DNA from: Dermacoccus nishinomiyaensis
GTDB taxonomy: Bacteria; Actinomycetota; Actinomycetes; Actinomycetales; Dermatophilaceae
Direction: 5' to 3'
Assembly: GCF_900447535.1 (NCBI RefSeq)
Contig: NZ_UFXX01000002.1
Coordinates: 496,561-560,560 of the forward strand
DNA: 64,000 nucleotides
Position 1 is the first letter of the stretch; each line of letters opens with the position of its first letter. A model generated the notes under the pieces. The model was not told the origin of the DNA. It did no database searches and was given only the letters and a program-made list of their open reading frames with translations. The translations under genes and the position numbers were made by a program. Positions 49,826 to 59,467 of this stretch are shown piece after piece.

Positions 49826-51466
49826 TCAGTAGTCGGAGCGGCGCAGGAACGCGTCGACGAACACTCCGGAGATCTGCTCGGGTGTCTTCGTCTGGTAGCT
49901 GAGGCCGTCGGTGGCCTTGGCGATGCGCTTGAGCGCGTCGGGGTCGGTACCCGTGCCGAGCGAGATCGTGACGATCTTGACGGGCTTGTCGGCCGAGTAC
50001 TGCGACTTGAGGCGCGCGAGGAGCTGATCGAGCGAGAGGCCGCCGTTGGGGTCGTCGTTCGTGCCGTCGGTGAGGACGACGACGGAGTTGACGTAGTTCG
50101 GGTCGTAGGTGTCGGTGACGCTCTTGTACGCCGCCGCGATCGTGTCGTACAGCGCCGTGTCGCCGTTCTTCGCTGCGAGGCCCGGCAGCGTGTGCGCCTT
50201 CGCGATGAGGCCGTTTCGGTAGGTGTCGTCGAGGATCGGCTGCTCACCGTTCGTCAGCGGCAGGTAGTCGACGTGGTTCTTCTGCAGGCTGGAGCTGAAC
50301 GCCCAGGCCCCGAGGCGCGTGGTCTTCGGCAGCACGTCGAGCGCCGCGATGGCGGTGCTCTCCATCAGCTCGATGCGGCTCTGGCCGCCGTCGATCTTCG
50401 TCTGCATCGACCCGGAGACGTCGATGAGGACGAGCATCCGCGCGTCCTTCTTGAGGTTCGTCCAGGCCGTGTCGGCGCTGACGGTCGTCGCTTGCGACGC
50501 AGGCGCCATCATCGGCAGCGAGGCCGGTAGGACGCTGCCGCCCGCCGGAGCGTCACTGCCGCCGTCGCGGAAGCCCTGCTCGCTGCGGTAGGTCTTCTCC
50601 GTGGGGCTGAGCAACTGCTGCTTCAGCGCATCGAGGGCAGCGCTGTCGGCCTGGGTGCCGCGCACCGGCGTCACCCACTGATACTCGAGTTGTTTCGCGC
50701 CGCCCGTCGGCACCATCGGCGTCAGCGGCTTGTCGGGGTGGGCCTTGTTGAACGCGAGCATCTGCTGCTCGCTCACCGGGTAGATGCGCGCGCGGTCGGC
50801 GCCCTGCAGCGCGTTGCCGTCCATCGTCGCGGCCGTCGTCAGCGACCGCGACAGGCGCAGCACCGCGCGCATGAGGTCGGAGCGCGCGTCGTTGGTGTTG
50901 GCCTGCTGATCTGCGGCGATGACGGCGAGCAGGCTCTCCGTCGCGACATCGGTGTCGATGAAACTGACGGGCAGCTTGTTGTCGAGCACGCTCAACCAGC
51001 TGTTCGGCTTCTTCGCCGCGCTGCGCAGGCTCGCGGGCACGCCCATGACGACGGGGCTCGTCGCGATCGTGTCGCCCGTCGTCACCCAGCCGCTGCCGAG
51101 CTTCTTCTCGATGAGCTGCGTCCACGCGGGCGAGTCGCTGATCCACACCTGCGGTTCGCTCGGCGAACTCGTGATGATCGACTGGTACGTGTCGCCCGGG
51201 TTCTGCGAGCTGACGCTGTACGACGCGCATACGTCACCGCGTGCCTCGACCTGATCCGCCGCGTGACGGACGGCGTCGGCGATCGCCGCGGGAGCCGCGA
51301 CCTGCACGACCGACTGCGCCGAGCAGTTCGTACGCCCCTCGCCGTGCGCGGCGACCACCTTCGTCGCCCCCGCCCCCGTGACGGCGACGACGCCGGCCAG
51401 CCCGGCGAGCGCCATCACCCGACGACGGGTGGGGACGCTGGGCGTGGGCGTGTGATGTTCGGCCAT
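49826..51466 (-). CDS. Secreted (Tat/Sec signal) protein with an N-terminal solute-binding-like domain and a C-terminal von Willebrand factor A domain
   Basis: Signal TRRRVMALAGLAGVVAVTGAGA. vWA MIDAS LVLIDVSGSM...TALYDTIAAAY...VVVLTDGTNDD. Start chosen at ATG 51466. Confidence 0.78.
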   Translation of the reverse strand: MAEHHTPTPSVPTRRRVMALAGLAGVVAVTGAGATKVVAAHGEGRTNCSAQSVVQVAAPAAIADAVRHAADQVEARGDVCASYSVSSQNPGDTYQSIITSSPSEPQVWISDSPAWTQLIEKKLGSGWVTTGDTIATSPVVMGVPASLRSAAKKPNSWLSVLDNKLPVSFIDTDVATESLLAVIAADQQANTNDARSDLMRAVLRLSRSLTTAATMDGNALQGADRARIYPVSEQQMLAFNKAHPDKPLTPMVPTGGAKQLEYQWVTPVRGTQADSAALDALKQQLLSPTEKTYRSEQGFRDGGSDAPAGGSVLPASLPMMAPASQATTVSADTAWTNLKKDARMLVLIDVSGSMQTKIDGGQSRIELMESTAIAALDVLPKTTRLGAWAFSSSLQKNHVDYLPLTNGEQPILDDTYRNGLIAKAHTLPGLAAKNGDTALYDTIAAAYKSVTDTYDPNYVNSVVVLTDGTNDDPNGGLSLDQLLARLKSQYSADKPVKIVTISLGTGTDPDALKRIAKATDGLSYQTKTPEQISGVFVDAFLRRSDY

Positions 51467-51653
51467 GACGCCCCAATGTACCGGGGAGGTGGTGGCCCAG
51501 GCTGGCATCTTCAGCAGTTCGACGCGTGCTGGGCGCGTGTCGTTGCCTGCGAGCTCGAATCCCGCCGCGCGGGGCTGCTGCTCCCATCCGTCGAGCAGTA
51601 CGCACCCTGTTGACGACAGGACGTCAGGTCGAGACGCGTCGTCAGCACACGCT

Positions 51654-52196
51654 TCAGTGCACCGTGATCTGCGGCGCGAACAGTCGCATGACGTCGAGGG
51701 CGCGCTCGTGGTTCGTGACGTCCGAGCCGGCGCAGGCCGAGGCGACGACGTGGACGCGCGCCCCGGCGTCAGCGGCAGCGAGTGCTGTCGCGACGACGCA
51801 GCAGTCGGTGGAGACACCCGCGAGCACGAGCGTCGGGGTGTCGCCTGTGAGTCCGCGCACCTGCTCGCCCCACTTGCCGAACGTCGGTTCGTCGACATGG
51901 TGGGCGCCCGCCGCGATGTCGGCGATCTCGGGCACGAGGGCGTACATCTCGTCGTCGCCCGGGCGGGCCGCGAACGGCCACGCGGCGTAGTAATCCGCCC
52001 ACGATCCTCGCGGCGGCAGCTGCGGCACGAAGCGCGTGACGATCGTGCGGCCGGTGTACCGCTCAGCCAATGCATGAATCGGCGTGAGCGCGGCGGAGAA
52101 CATCGGCGAACCCCACTCGCTCGAGGACGAGGCGAACACGACCTGCGGGTCGATGATGACGAGCCACGCGTCGTCGGTAAGCACATCGGCAATCAT
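51654..52196 (-). CDS. Isochorismatase-family cysteine hydrolase
   Basis: WLVIIDPQVVF...LVLAGVSTDCCVVATALAA catalytic Cys motif. Its start overlaps the permease stop (ATGA). Confidence 0.8.
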   Translation of the reverse strand: MIADVLTDDAWLVIIDPQVVFASSSSEWGSPMFSAALTPIHALAERYTGRTIVTRFVPQLPPRGSWADYYAAWPFAARPGDDEMYALVPEIADIAAGAHHVDEPTFGKWGEQVRGLTGDTPTLVLAGVSTDCCVVATALAAADAGARVHVVASACAGSDVTNHERALDVMRLFAPQITVH

Positions 52197-53755
52197 GACG
52201 TCACCTTCCCGCGCCGGTCGTCCGAGCCCACAACGCCGCGTCGGGCGTCATCGTCGAGTTCCTGACGACGCACCCGCCCACGTCGCAGCAGCAGCGTCGC
52301 GACGAACGACAGCACGAGCGCGAGGAGCACGCCGATGTTGGAGTATGCCCAGTCGCCGCTCCAACCGTCCGTCGTCTCGTGGCCGAGGCCGAGCGGGTCG
52401 AGCAGGTAGCCCTGCCAGTTGTTCCACGAGGCGTCCGCGGCGAAGCTGTTGACGACGAGCCCCCACCCGATGACGGAGGCGACGGCGAGGACGGCCAGTG
52501 ACGTCCAGTCGAACGCGCCGTAGCGCCCGCGGGCGTCGAACAGCGCAGCCTCGTCGTAGTCGCGGCGCCGCAGCGCGACGTCGGCGATCATGACGCCCGC
52601 CCACGACGCGAGGGGCACGCCGAGGGTGATGAGGAACGACTGGAACGGGCCGAGGAAGTCCTGCGCGAAGAACACGACCCAGATCGTGCCGAGCGTCAGG
52701 ATCGCGCCGTCGACGAGCGCCGCCGCCGGCCGCGGGATGCGCACGCCGAGGCTGAGCAGCGTCAGGCCGGAGGAGTAGATGCCGAGCACCGCGCCCGACA
52801 CGAGCGCGAGTACGGCCGAGACGAGGAACGGGATGAGGAACCACGTCGGCAGGATCGTCGCGAGCGTGCCGACGGGGTCGGCGGCGATGCCTTCCTCGAG
52901 CTTCGGATTCGATGCGGCAAGCAGCAGACCGTACGTCAGCAGCAGGACGGGCGCGACGGCGCCGCCGAACGTGTTCCAGAAGACGATCGCGCCGCCCGAG
53001 GCGTCACGGCGCTGGTAGCGCGACCAGTCGGCGGCGATGTTGATCCAGCCGAGGCCGAACCCCGTCATCACCATGACGAGCGCGCCCGTCACCGCCTGCC
53101 ATGAACCGGCGGGGACGGCCGTCACCGCGCTCCAGTGCACCTCGTCGAGGGTGAGGGCGACGTAGGCGAGGGTGGCGAGCCCCGTCAGCCAGGTGAGGAC
53201 GGACTGCAGCTTCATGATGATGTGGTAGCCCGCGACGGAGGCGAGCACGATCATCGAGGCGACGACGACGGCGGCGACGATCTTCGTGGCCGTGCCACCG
53301 CCCCAGCCGAGCCGGTCGAAGATCGTGGACGTCGCGAGTACCGCCATGATCGACAGGAACGTCTCCCACCCGATCGACGTCAGCCACGAGATGACGCCCG
53401 GCACCTTCTGGCCGCGGACACCGAACGCAGCGCGCGACAGCACCATCGTCGGCGCGCTGCCCCGCTTGCCGGCGACGGCGATGAGCCCGCACAGCAGGAA
53501 CGACAGGACGACGCCGACGACGCACACCGCGAGCGCCTGCGCGAAAGAGATGCCGAAGCCGAGGACGAACGAGGCGGTCGCCATGCCGAAGACGCTGACG
53601 TTGGCCGCGAACCATGGCCAGAACAGGTCGCGCGGGCGCGCCGTACGCTCCGATTCGTCGATGATCTCGATGCCTGTGGTCTCGACGGAGAGGCGACGGG
53701 ATGCGGCCGCAGTGGCGGCCTGTCGCGACGCTGCGGCGTCAGCTGGTGTGCTCAT
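52193..53755 (-). CDS. NCS1-family nucleobase:cation symporter (cytosine/purine/allantoin permease-like)
   Basis: 12 TM segments with conserved NCS1 N-terminal region FWPWFAANVSVFGM. Start chosen at MSTPADAA (ATG 53755). Confidence 0.82.
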   Translation of the reverse strand: MSTPADAAASRQAATAAASRRLSVETTGIEIIDESERTARPRDLFWPWFAANVSVFGMATASFVLGFGISFAQALAVCVVGVVLSFLLCGLIAVAGKRGSAPTMVLSRAAFGVRGQKVPGVISWLTSIGWETFLSIMAVLATSTIFDRLGWGGGTATKIVAAVVVASMIVLASVAGYHIIMKLQSVLTWLTGLATLAYVALTLDEVHWSAVTAVPAGSWQAVTGALVMVMTGFGLGWINIAADWSRYQRRDASGGAIVFWNTFGGAVAPVLLLTYGLLLAASNPKLEEGIAADPVGTLATILPTWFLIPFLVSAVLALVSGAVLGIYSSGLTLLSLGVRIPRPAAALVDGAILTLGTIWVVFFAQDFLGPFQSFLITLGVPLASWAGVMIADVALRRRDYDEAALFDARGRYGAFDWTSLAVLAVASVIGWGLVVNSFAADASWNNWQGYLLDPLGLGHETTDGWSGDWAYSNIGVLLALVLSFVATLLLRRGRVRRQELDDDARRGVVGSDDRRGKVTS

Positions 53756-53991
53756 GCGCTCATCGTGGCAGGCGGACGACGCGCGTGGGGCGTTTCGACC
53801 AGCCCTTTTGGTCACCATGACATGACGGGTGCTCGACCTGTCGCTCACGCGGCGGGTCGACGGTACGGTCTGGCACGCAAGGCCGCCGCCGCTGCGACTG
53901 CTGACGGGCGAGGACGATCGTGGCTGTGGCGGGCGCTTGCGCCGACCTCGCTGAGGCGATCGAAAGCGACGCGTCGGGCGAGCCCGCGCCC

Positions 53992-54630
53992 TCAGCCGAG
54001 CTCGTCGAACACACCCGGCTGTCGAGCGACGACGACGAGTGCCGCGGCGAGGGCGGCGCGCTCGTCAGGGGCGACGAGGTCGGCCAGGGCTGCGGCGTCG
54101 GTGGGTAACCCCGCCAGCCGGGCGCCCTTGACCGTCAGCGTGTCGGCGAAGGGTTCTCTCAGGTGCCACGTCGACTGCACCTCGCGCACGACGATGCCCG
54201 CGCCCGTCGGGCCGATGCCGTCGAACTCCTGCAGCAGCTTCACGATCCGTTTCGGGTCAGCGCCCGCTTCGTCGCGCAGACGCCGCAGGTCGTCGTCCCA
54301 TCGCTCGCGGATCGTCTCGGCGTTCTTGCCGAGACGCGTCGACGTCGAGAAGTCGTAGCGCCGGTAGCCGCCGCGGCCGAGGGCGTCGACGCGTTGCTGC
54401 CACGACGTCGCACGGGTGCCCGACGGTGTCGTGCAACCGATCGCGAACAGCTCGCGCGCGCTCGCAAGGGCCGCCTCGGCGCGGATGCGAGCCGACAGCA
54501 ACTGTGCGACGACGAGCAGCTGCCACAGCGCCGCGGGTTCGTCGACGAGTCTCACACCGGCGCGTTCGGCGAACGTCTCACCGTCCGCGGCAACGAGTTT
54601 CGCGGCCAGGGCCCGGGCGTCAGTCACCGC
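53992..54630 (-). CDS. HhH-GPD superfamily (endonuclease III-like) base-excision repair protein; the start is uncertain.
   Basis: Helix-hairpin-helix LLQEFDGIGPTGAGIVV. The ORF extends to 54729 but overlaps the upstream fragment. Confidence 0.55.
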   Translation of the reverse strand, partial: AVTDARALAAKLVAADGETFAERAGVRLVDEPAALWQLLVVAQLLSARIRAEAALASARELFAIGCTTPSGTRATSWQQRVDALGRGGYRRYDFSTSTRLGKNAETIRERWDDDLRRLRDEAGADPKRIVKLLQEFDGIGPTGAGIVVREVQSTWHLREPFADTLTVKGARLAGLPTDAAALADLVAPDERAALAAALVVVARQPGVFDELG

Positions 54631-54973
54631 GCAGGGTGGCGAGTGCCATCGGCAGGCGGGGCGGGATCTCACCGGCGAGGAAGCCGACGCGCCCGTGTTC
54701 GGCCGCGAGCACATCCCCGGCCGCAGCATGAACGTGCTTGCCCCACACGAGGCCCTGCGCGAGCCCGACGCGCAGTGCCGCCTGCCCGGACAGCATCGCC
54801 GCGCCAGGCGTCGATCGATCGCCGCCGATGACGAGGCACTGGCCGCGGCTGTACTTCGTGCCGGTCGGCTCGGGCAGCGGCCAGCTGCGCAGCAGGTTGG
54901 GCGTCACCGTCGTCGGCGACGTGGCGTCACCGCCGCGTGCGACGTCTGGGATCTCGGGGCGCTCGATGCTCAT
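54620..54973 (-). pseudogene. 117-aa N-terminal fragment of a YjeF_C / NAD(P)H-hydrate dehydratase (Nnr)-like carbohydrate-kinase domain. It is truncated; the full domain is about 280 aa.
   Basis: TGTKYSRGQCLVIGGDRSTPGAAMLSGQAALRVG matches the Nnr consensus KG..G..L.IGG....GA..L...AALR.G. The ORF ends after 117 aa, and its start overlaps the stop of the upstream histidine-phosphatase gene. Confidence 0.4.
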
Positions 54974-55842
54974 GCGGACGCCTCCTTCTCGCCGGGGTTC
55001 GACGCGTTGTCGTCGGACTCGCGCTTCTCGTCGCGCTGCGCCGAACCATGTGCGCCGATGTCGTCGGCCGCGCCCGGTTGATCGGTGACGGCGATGCCAG
55101 AGTCGCGCAGGTGTTCGTCGAGGTTGTAGTCGAGCAGGCGCCAGCCGGTCGGCGATTCGTCGTCGCTGACGAGGCGGCAGATCGCGGCGTTGCGCATTCC
55201 GTTCGTGCGGGCGCGCTCCATGACGGCGTCCTCGTCCATGCCCTCGGCGACGTAGCAGAACATGAGGTTGACGACGTCGTGCGCCGTGACGAGCACCGTC
55301 TTGCCCGCGGCGCGCAGGCGTAGATCGGCCATGACGGCGCGGACGCGGCCGGCGACGTCGGCCCAGGATTCGCCGCCGGAGGGGCGGTAGTAGAACTTGC
55401 CGATCCATTCGCGGCGCTTCGCCTCCTCGGGGTGGGCGTCGCGGATGCCGCGCCCGGTGAGCATGTCGGTGACACCCATGTCGCGGTCGCGCAGACGCTC
55501 GTCGACGAGGACGGGCAGTTCGAGCGACGCCTCGTCGAGCGCGATCTGGCCCGTCTGACGCGCGCGTCGATACGGGCTCGTCCACGTGACGTCCGGCTGA
55601 TCGTCGGCGGGCTGTTTCGCGAGCCACGTGCCGACGGCGGCGGCTTGTCGGCGGCCGAGTTCGCTCAGTTCGATGTCGGGGTCGCGCACGGGCACGTCGA
55701 TGCGCTCGAGGTCATCGCGCAGCGCCGCCTCCGCTGCCACGTTGCCCTCCGACTCGCCATGACGCACGAGAACGAGAGTTACCTGATCCACACCGTTGAC
55801 GCTATGCCCTGCCATCGACGACGCGCCACTCCCCCGCGCCAC
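54970..55842 (-). CDS. Histidine phosphatase (phosphoglycerate-mutase family) protein
   Basis: LVLVRHGESEGN catalytic RHG motif and a later H in ...VTAHD... Confidence 0.8.
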   Translation of the reverse strand: MARGSGASSMAGHSVNGVDQVTLVLVRHGESEGNVAAEAALRDDLERIDVPVRDPDIELSELGRRQAAAVGTWLAKQPADDQPDVTWTSPYRRARQTGQIALDEASLELPVLVDERLRDRDMGVTDMLTGRGIRDAHPEEAKRREWIGKFYYRPSGGESWADVAGRVRAVMADLRLRAAGKTVLVTAHDVVNLMFCYVAEGMDEDAVMERARTNGMRNAAICRLVSDDESPTGWRLLDYNLDEHLRDSGIAVTDQPGAADDIGAHGSAQRDEKRESDDNASNPGEKEASA

Positions 55843-55857
55843 CCGTGGGCACGCGCG

Positions 55858-56919
55858 TCAGTGCACGAGACCGTCGGTCCCGACGAGGGGGTTGGCGCTC
55901 GTCGGCACGCGTTCGGCCTCCGGGATCGCGCCGGGCGCGGTGCCGTCACCGAACGGGGTGCCGCCGAGACGCGCTCGATCGTGCGGTTCGGCCCAGACGC
56001 TCAGGTCGGGACCGTCGGGGATGATGCCCTTGGGGTTGAGGTCGCGGTGCACGAGGTAGTAGTGCTGCTTGATCTGGGTGAAGTCGATCGTGTCGCCGAA
56101 TCCGGGCGTCGTGAACAGGTCGCGCGCGTAACCCCACAGGTTCGGCATCTCGGTGAGCTTGCGGCGATTGCACTTGAAGTGACCGTGGTAGACGGCGTCG
56201 AATCGCGCGAGCGTCGTGAACAGGCGCACGTCGGATTCGGTGATCGCGTCGCCGACGAGGTAGCGGCGCGTGGCGAGACGCTCCTCGAGCCAGTCGAGGG
56301 CTGTGAACAGCCGCTTGTAGGCGGCGTCGTAGGCCTGCTGATCCCCCGCGAAGCCGCAACGATAGACGCCGTTGTTCACCTCGGTGTAGACGCGCTTGTT
56401 GACGGCGTCCATCTCCTCGCGCAGTTCCTGCGGCCACAGGTCGGGGGCGCCGTCGCGGTGGTGGCGCGTCCACTGCGTCGCGAAGTCCTCGGTGATCTGT
56501 GCGAAGTCGTTGGTCACGACCTCGCCGCTGCGCTCGTCGACGATCGCCGGCACCGTGATGCCCCTCGGATAGCCGGGTAAGCGCGCCTCATAGGCGTCCT
56601 TGAGGCGCGGGATTCGCAGGACGGGGTCGAGCCCGCCGGGGTCGAGGTCGAACGTCCACGAGTTCTCGTCGTGCGTCGGGCCGCACAACCCCATCGAGAT
56701 GACGTCCTCGAGCCCGAGCAGGCGCCGGACGATGATGGCGCGGTTCGCCCACGGGCACGCGCGGGCGGCGACGAGACGGTAGCGCCCCGGCTCCACGGGC
56801 CACCGCGCGTCGGGATCGTCGAGGATGCGGTCCTCGATGTACTGCGTGTCGCGGGTGTACGCCTTGCCCTCGCCAGCCATGTCGATCTCCCAGGTCGTCA
56901 AATCTCGAACCGCCGTCAA
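55858..56919 (-). CDS. Glutathionyl-hydroquinone reductase (xi-class GST; YqjG/ECM4-like)
   Basis: CPWANRAIIVRRLLGLEDVISM (Cys-Pro-Trp-Ala active site) and overall length. Confidence 0.85.
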   Translation of the reverse strand: MTAVRDLTTWEIDMAGEGKAYTRDTQYIEDRILDDPDARWPVEPGRYRLVAARACPWANRAIIVRRLLGLEDVISMGLCGPTHDENSWTFDLDPGGLDPVLRIPRLKDAYEARLPGYPRGITVPAIVDERSGEVVTNDFAQITEDFATQWTRHHRDGAPDLWPQELREEMDAVNKRVYTEVNNGVYRCGFAGDQQAYDAAYKRLFTALDWLEERLATRRYLVGDAITESDVRLFTTLARFDAVYHGHFKCNRRKLTEMPNLWGYARDLFTTPGFGDTIDFTQIKQHYYLVHRDLNPKGIIPDGPDLSVWAEPHDRARLGGTPFGDGTAPGAIPEAERVPTSANPLVGTDGLVH

Positions 56920-57149
56920 CCCGGGCGGTCATGGCGCCGAGTGGTGCGACGCCTCGTCCAGTATGCGCCGGGGCACGGAGGTGCGGGCGTCACGCCAGGC
57001 ACGCCGGGGCGCGTCGTGGCGTTCACACGCGCGTCGAGGTCGCACCCGGCCTCGACGCGCAGGCGGTGCCATCCTCATACCTCTGCTCGCGTGAACGCGA
57101 CGCTTCGTGACGCTCGGCTGACGATGGCAGGCCTTGCTACCGTCGTGTC

Positions 57150-57791
57150 ATGGAGCGCATCGAATTCTTCTATGACCCGTGTTGCCCGTTCTGCTGGATC
57201 ACGAGCCGGTTCCTTCTCGAGGTGAGCGTGGAGCGTGACGTCGACGTCACGTGGCGTCCGTTCAGCTTGGCGATGAAGAACAACGAGCTCGCCGGAGACG
57301 ATGATGCCGTCAACGAGCACGGCGAGATGCACCGTTCGTCGCATCGCGTGTTGCGCGTCATCACGAAGGCGGCGGAGCAGCACGGTGCGAGTGTCATCGA
57401 CCTGTACTCGGCGTTTGGCCGACGCTTCCACCTCGACCACGAGGAGTACGACGACATGATGATCGCCGACGTTCTCGCCGCCGCCGGGCTGCCGGCGGAG
57501 CTGGCGAAGGCGGCTGACGACACGTCGCTCGACGAGGTTCTGCAGGCGTCGATCGACTCCGCTGTCGAGGCGGTCGGTGATGACACGGGCGTGCCGACGA
57601 TCGTCTTCGTCTCCGATGACGGTCAGCGCCGCGGCTTCTACGGCCCCGTACTGCAGGAACTGCCGAGCAAGGAAGACGCGCTGCGCCTGTGGGATTCGCT
57701 CGTCGGCCTCGTCAGCGTCCCGGCGTTCTACGAACTCAAGCGCACCCGCCCAGAGGGCATGCCCAACACGGCGAGCACGAAGGGTCTCTGA
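57150..57791 (+). CDS. DsbA-like thioredoxin-fold protein (FrnE/2-hydroxychromene-2-carboxylate isomerase-like)
   Basis: FFYDPCCPFCW CxxC-type motif in a thioredoxin fold. Confidence 0.78.
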   Translation: MERIEFFYDPCCPFCWITSRFLLEVSVERDVDVTWRPFSLAMKNNELAGDDDAVNEHGEMHRSSHRVLRVITKAAEQHGASVIDLYSAFGRRFHLDHEEYDDMMIADVLAAAGLPAELAKAADDTSLDEVLQASIDSAVEAVGDDTGVPTIVFVSDDGQRRGFYGPVLQELPSKEDALRLWDSLVGLVSVPAFYELKRTRPEGMPNTASTKGL

Positions 57792-57849
57792 CGGCCTGAG
57801 CCCTGCGGCCCGCCCCACTTGCGCGTCACGTCGCGCAAGCGGGGAGGCG

Positions 57850-57885
57850 ACAGCACCCTTTGCGCCCAAATGCACCCGGGTGCAT
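57850..57885. terminator. 36-bp perfect palindrome in the convergent intergenic region. Further hairpins (CTTGCGCG..CGCGCAAG, AGATGGGCG..CGCCCATCT) lie nearby.
   Basis: TTGCGCCCAAATGCACCC|GGGTGCATTTGGGCGCAA. Confidence 0.55.
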
Positions 57886-58183
57886 TTGGGCGCAAGGTGT
57901 GTGTTTACTCGCGTGCACGCCTCACCGCCCGGGCGAGGTGCTGTCTGGCCGATTGCGGGGCGCTTGGCCATTCTGCAGTCACCGGAAAGTGCGGTCATTC
58001 TCCTCTGTGCGTGTCCCGACTAGATGGGCGCGCCCTGGAGACGTCCGCCCATCTCGGCCGCGCGTCAGAGATGAACTGGACACACCACGGCCGGCCCGCC
58101 TGCATTGCAGGTCAGGGCCGGTCTTCGCGTCGCGGCGGCCACTCCGGCGTCCACGGCCCACTGTGAAAGGCACTTATGCGCTC

Positions 58184-59035
58184 TCAGACACCGCTGCCCT
58201 CGAGCGTGACGTCGAGCGCTCGGGCCAGCAAGGTGAGCGCTACGTCTTGAATGGGCTCCTGCTGGGCGCCGGCGGTGGCGATCAGCGCGCGGTACAGAGC
58301 GTCGGGAACGTCCTCGATGATCAGGCTCTGCGCGTCGGGGTCGGTCTTGGTCCCCGTCTGGGTTCCGTTCATCGAATACAGGACATATTCGACGACCTGT
58401 GGCCCCACACCGAGTTCTTTGGCTGCGGCAGCGGCAAGTTCGAGGTACTGGTCATACTGCGTACTCGTCCAACCCCAGGAGTCCCAGCCGAGGCTGCGGG
58501 CAACACGGGCGTCCAGGATCAGGGGTCGCTTGCCGCCGACGCCCTCGCGCCCGTAGCCGGAGAAGTAGAGCCACTTCGTGAAGAAGGCCGGGCCGAAGTA
58601 CTTGATGTGGTTCGTACCGCCCGGCTGCAGGCTGGCGTAAACGGCCTTCGGGTCTTCGCCCGCGCGAATGGCCCGATGCGCGGCCAAAAGCTTGGCGGCC
58701 ACGTCGGGAGAGTGCAGAGGACGACGGCACCGATAGCCGGTGATGCCCTGCCAGCCGGCTCCCCAGCCGCACATGAGCACGTACAGATCGAGGGCGTCAG
58801 CCTCGGTGTCCACGTTCTCGGCTCGTTTGAAGATGTCGCTGCGGGTGACGGGGTGTTTCTTACCATCACCAGGCACCGCATCGGCGAGTATGGCCGGCAT
58901 GTCGAGCCCTTGTGGCCAGGACTTCCGCCAGGTGCCGGGATAGAAGTATTCCTCCTGGGCCTCGACCTTCGCATCCGTGGCGACGTCGCCGTGGGCCTTG
59001 ATGAGCGATACGAGCGCGGCCGATGTGGTGATCAT
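58184..59035 (-). CDS. Hypothetical protein with no confident family assignment
   Basis: 325-aa ORF whose probable start is at MITTSAALVSLIKAHG. It contains ...HIKYFGPAFFTKWLYFSGYGREG... Confidence 0.5.
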   Translation of the reverse strand: MITTSAALVSLIKAHGDVATDAKVEAQEEYFYPGTWRKSWPQGLDMPAILADAVPGDGKKHPVTRSDIFKRAENVDTEADALDLYVLMCGWGAGWQGITGYRCRRPLHSPDVAAKLLAAHRAIRAGEDPKAVYASLQPGGTNHIKYFGPAFFTKWLYFSGYGREGVGGKRPLILDARVARSLGWDSWGWTSTQYDQYLELAAAAAKELGVGPQVVEYVLYSMNGTQTGTKTDPDAQSLIIEDVPDALYRALIATAGAQQEPIQDVALTLLARALDVTLEGSGV

Positions 59036-59097
59036 GTTCGGAGGATAGGTGACGCAGAGGGGCGCCGCGGCGAATTCGCGGGCCCGAGCATTCTGCC

Positions 59098-59163
59098 GAA
59101 TGCGAGCGAAATGGCTGGCTACGAGCGATCTGCCGCTCACTTCCAGCCATTTCGCTCGCATTC
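59098..59163. terminator. Perfect 21-bp stem with a 24-nt loop, immediately 3' of tRNA-Arg.
   Basis: GAATGCGAGCGAAATGGCTGG ...24 nt... CCAGCCATTTCGCTCGCATTC. Confidence 0.55.
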
Positions 59164-59180
59164 ACCGTCGAGGCGAGGCG

Positions 59181-59256
59181 TGGTGCTCCCGGCAGGATTC
59201 GAACCTGCGACACCCGCTTTAGGAGAGCGGTGCTCTATCCCCTGAGCTACGAGAGC
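59181..59256 (-). tRNA. tRNA-Arg (anticodon CCT) with an encoded CCA
   Basis: Reverse complement GCTCTCGTAGCTCAGGGGATAGAGCACCGCTCTCCTAAAGCGGGTGTCGCAGGTTCGAATCCTGCCGGGAGCACCA. Anticodon loop CTCCTAA. Confidence 0.88.
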
Positions 59257-59467
59257 GGGACCGGGCGAAAAGGTGGACTAAAAGTCGCTCACGCCTGGGC
59301 GTTCACGTCGCTGTGGCCTGGTCCTGCACGATCCGGTCGTGATGGCCGCTTGCAGGGGAGCAAGTCGCCGCCGGATCGTGCGTGTCAGAGCCTAGCCGAT
59401 TGCACGGCTGGGGCCCGCGCGACCATGGCGGTCGGCGGGCAGACTGGTGCCTTGAATGGGGCGCCCT

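Noticed and set aside
49826-52192. 788-aa version of the vWA protein and a helicase-vWA operon as a two-component system.
   Set aside because: The N-terminal 240 aa are Ser/Arg-rich junk that overlaps the isochorismatase gene in another frame. The real protein starts at a Tat/Sec signal, so it is exported and unlikely to partner with the cytoplasmic helicase.
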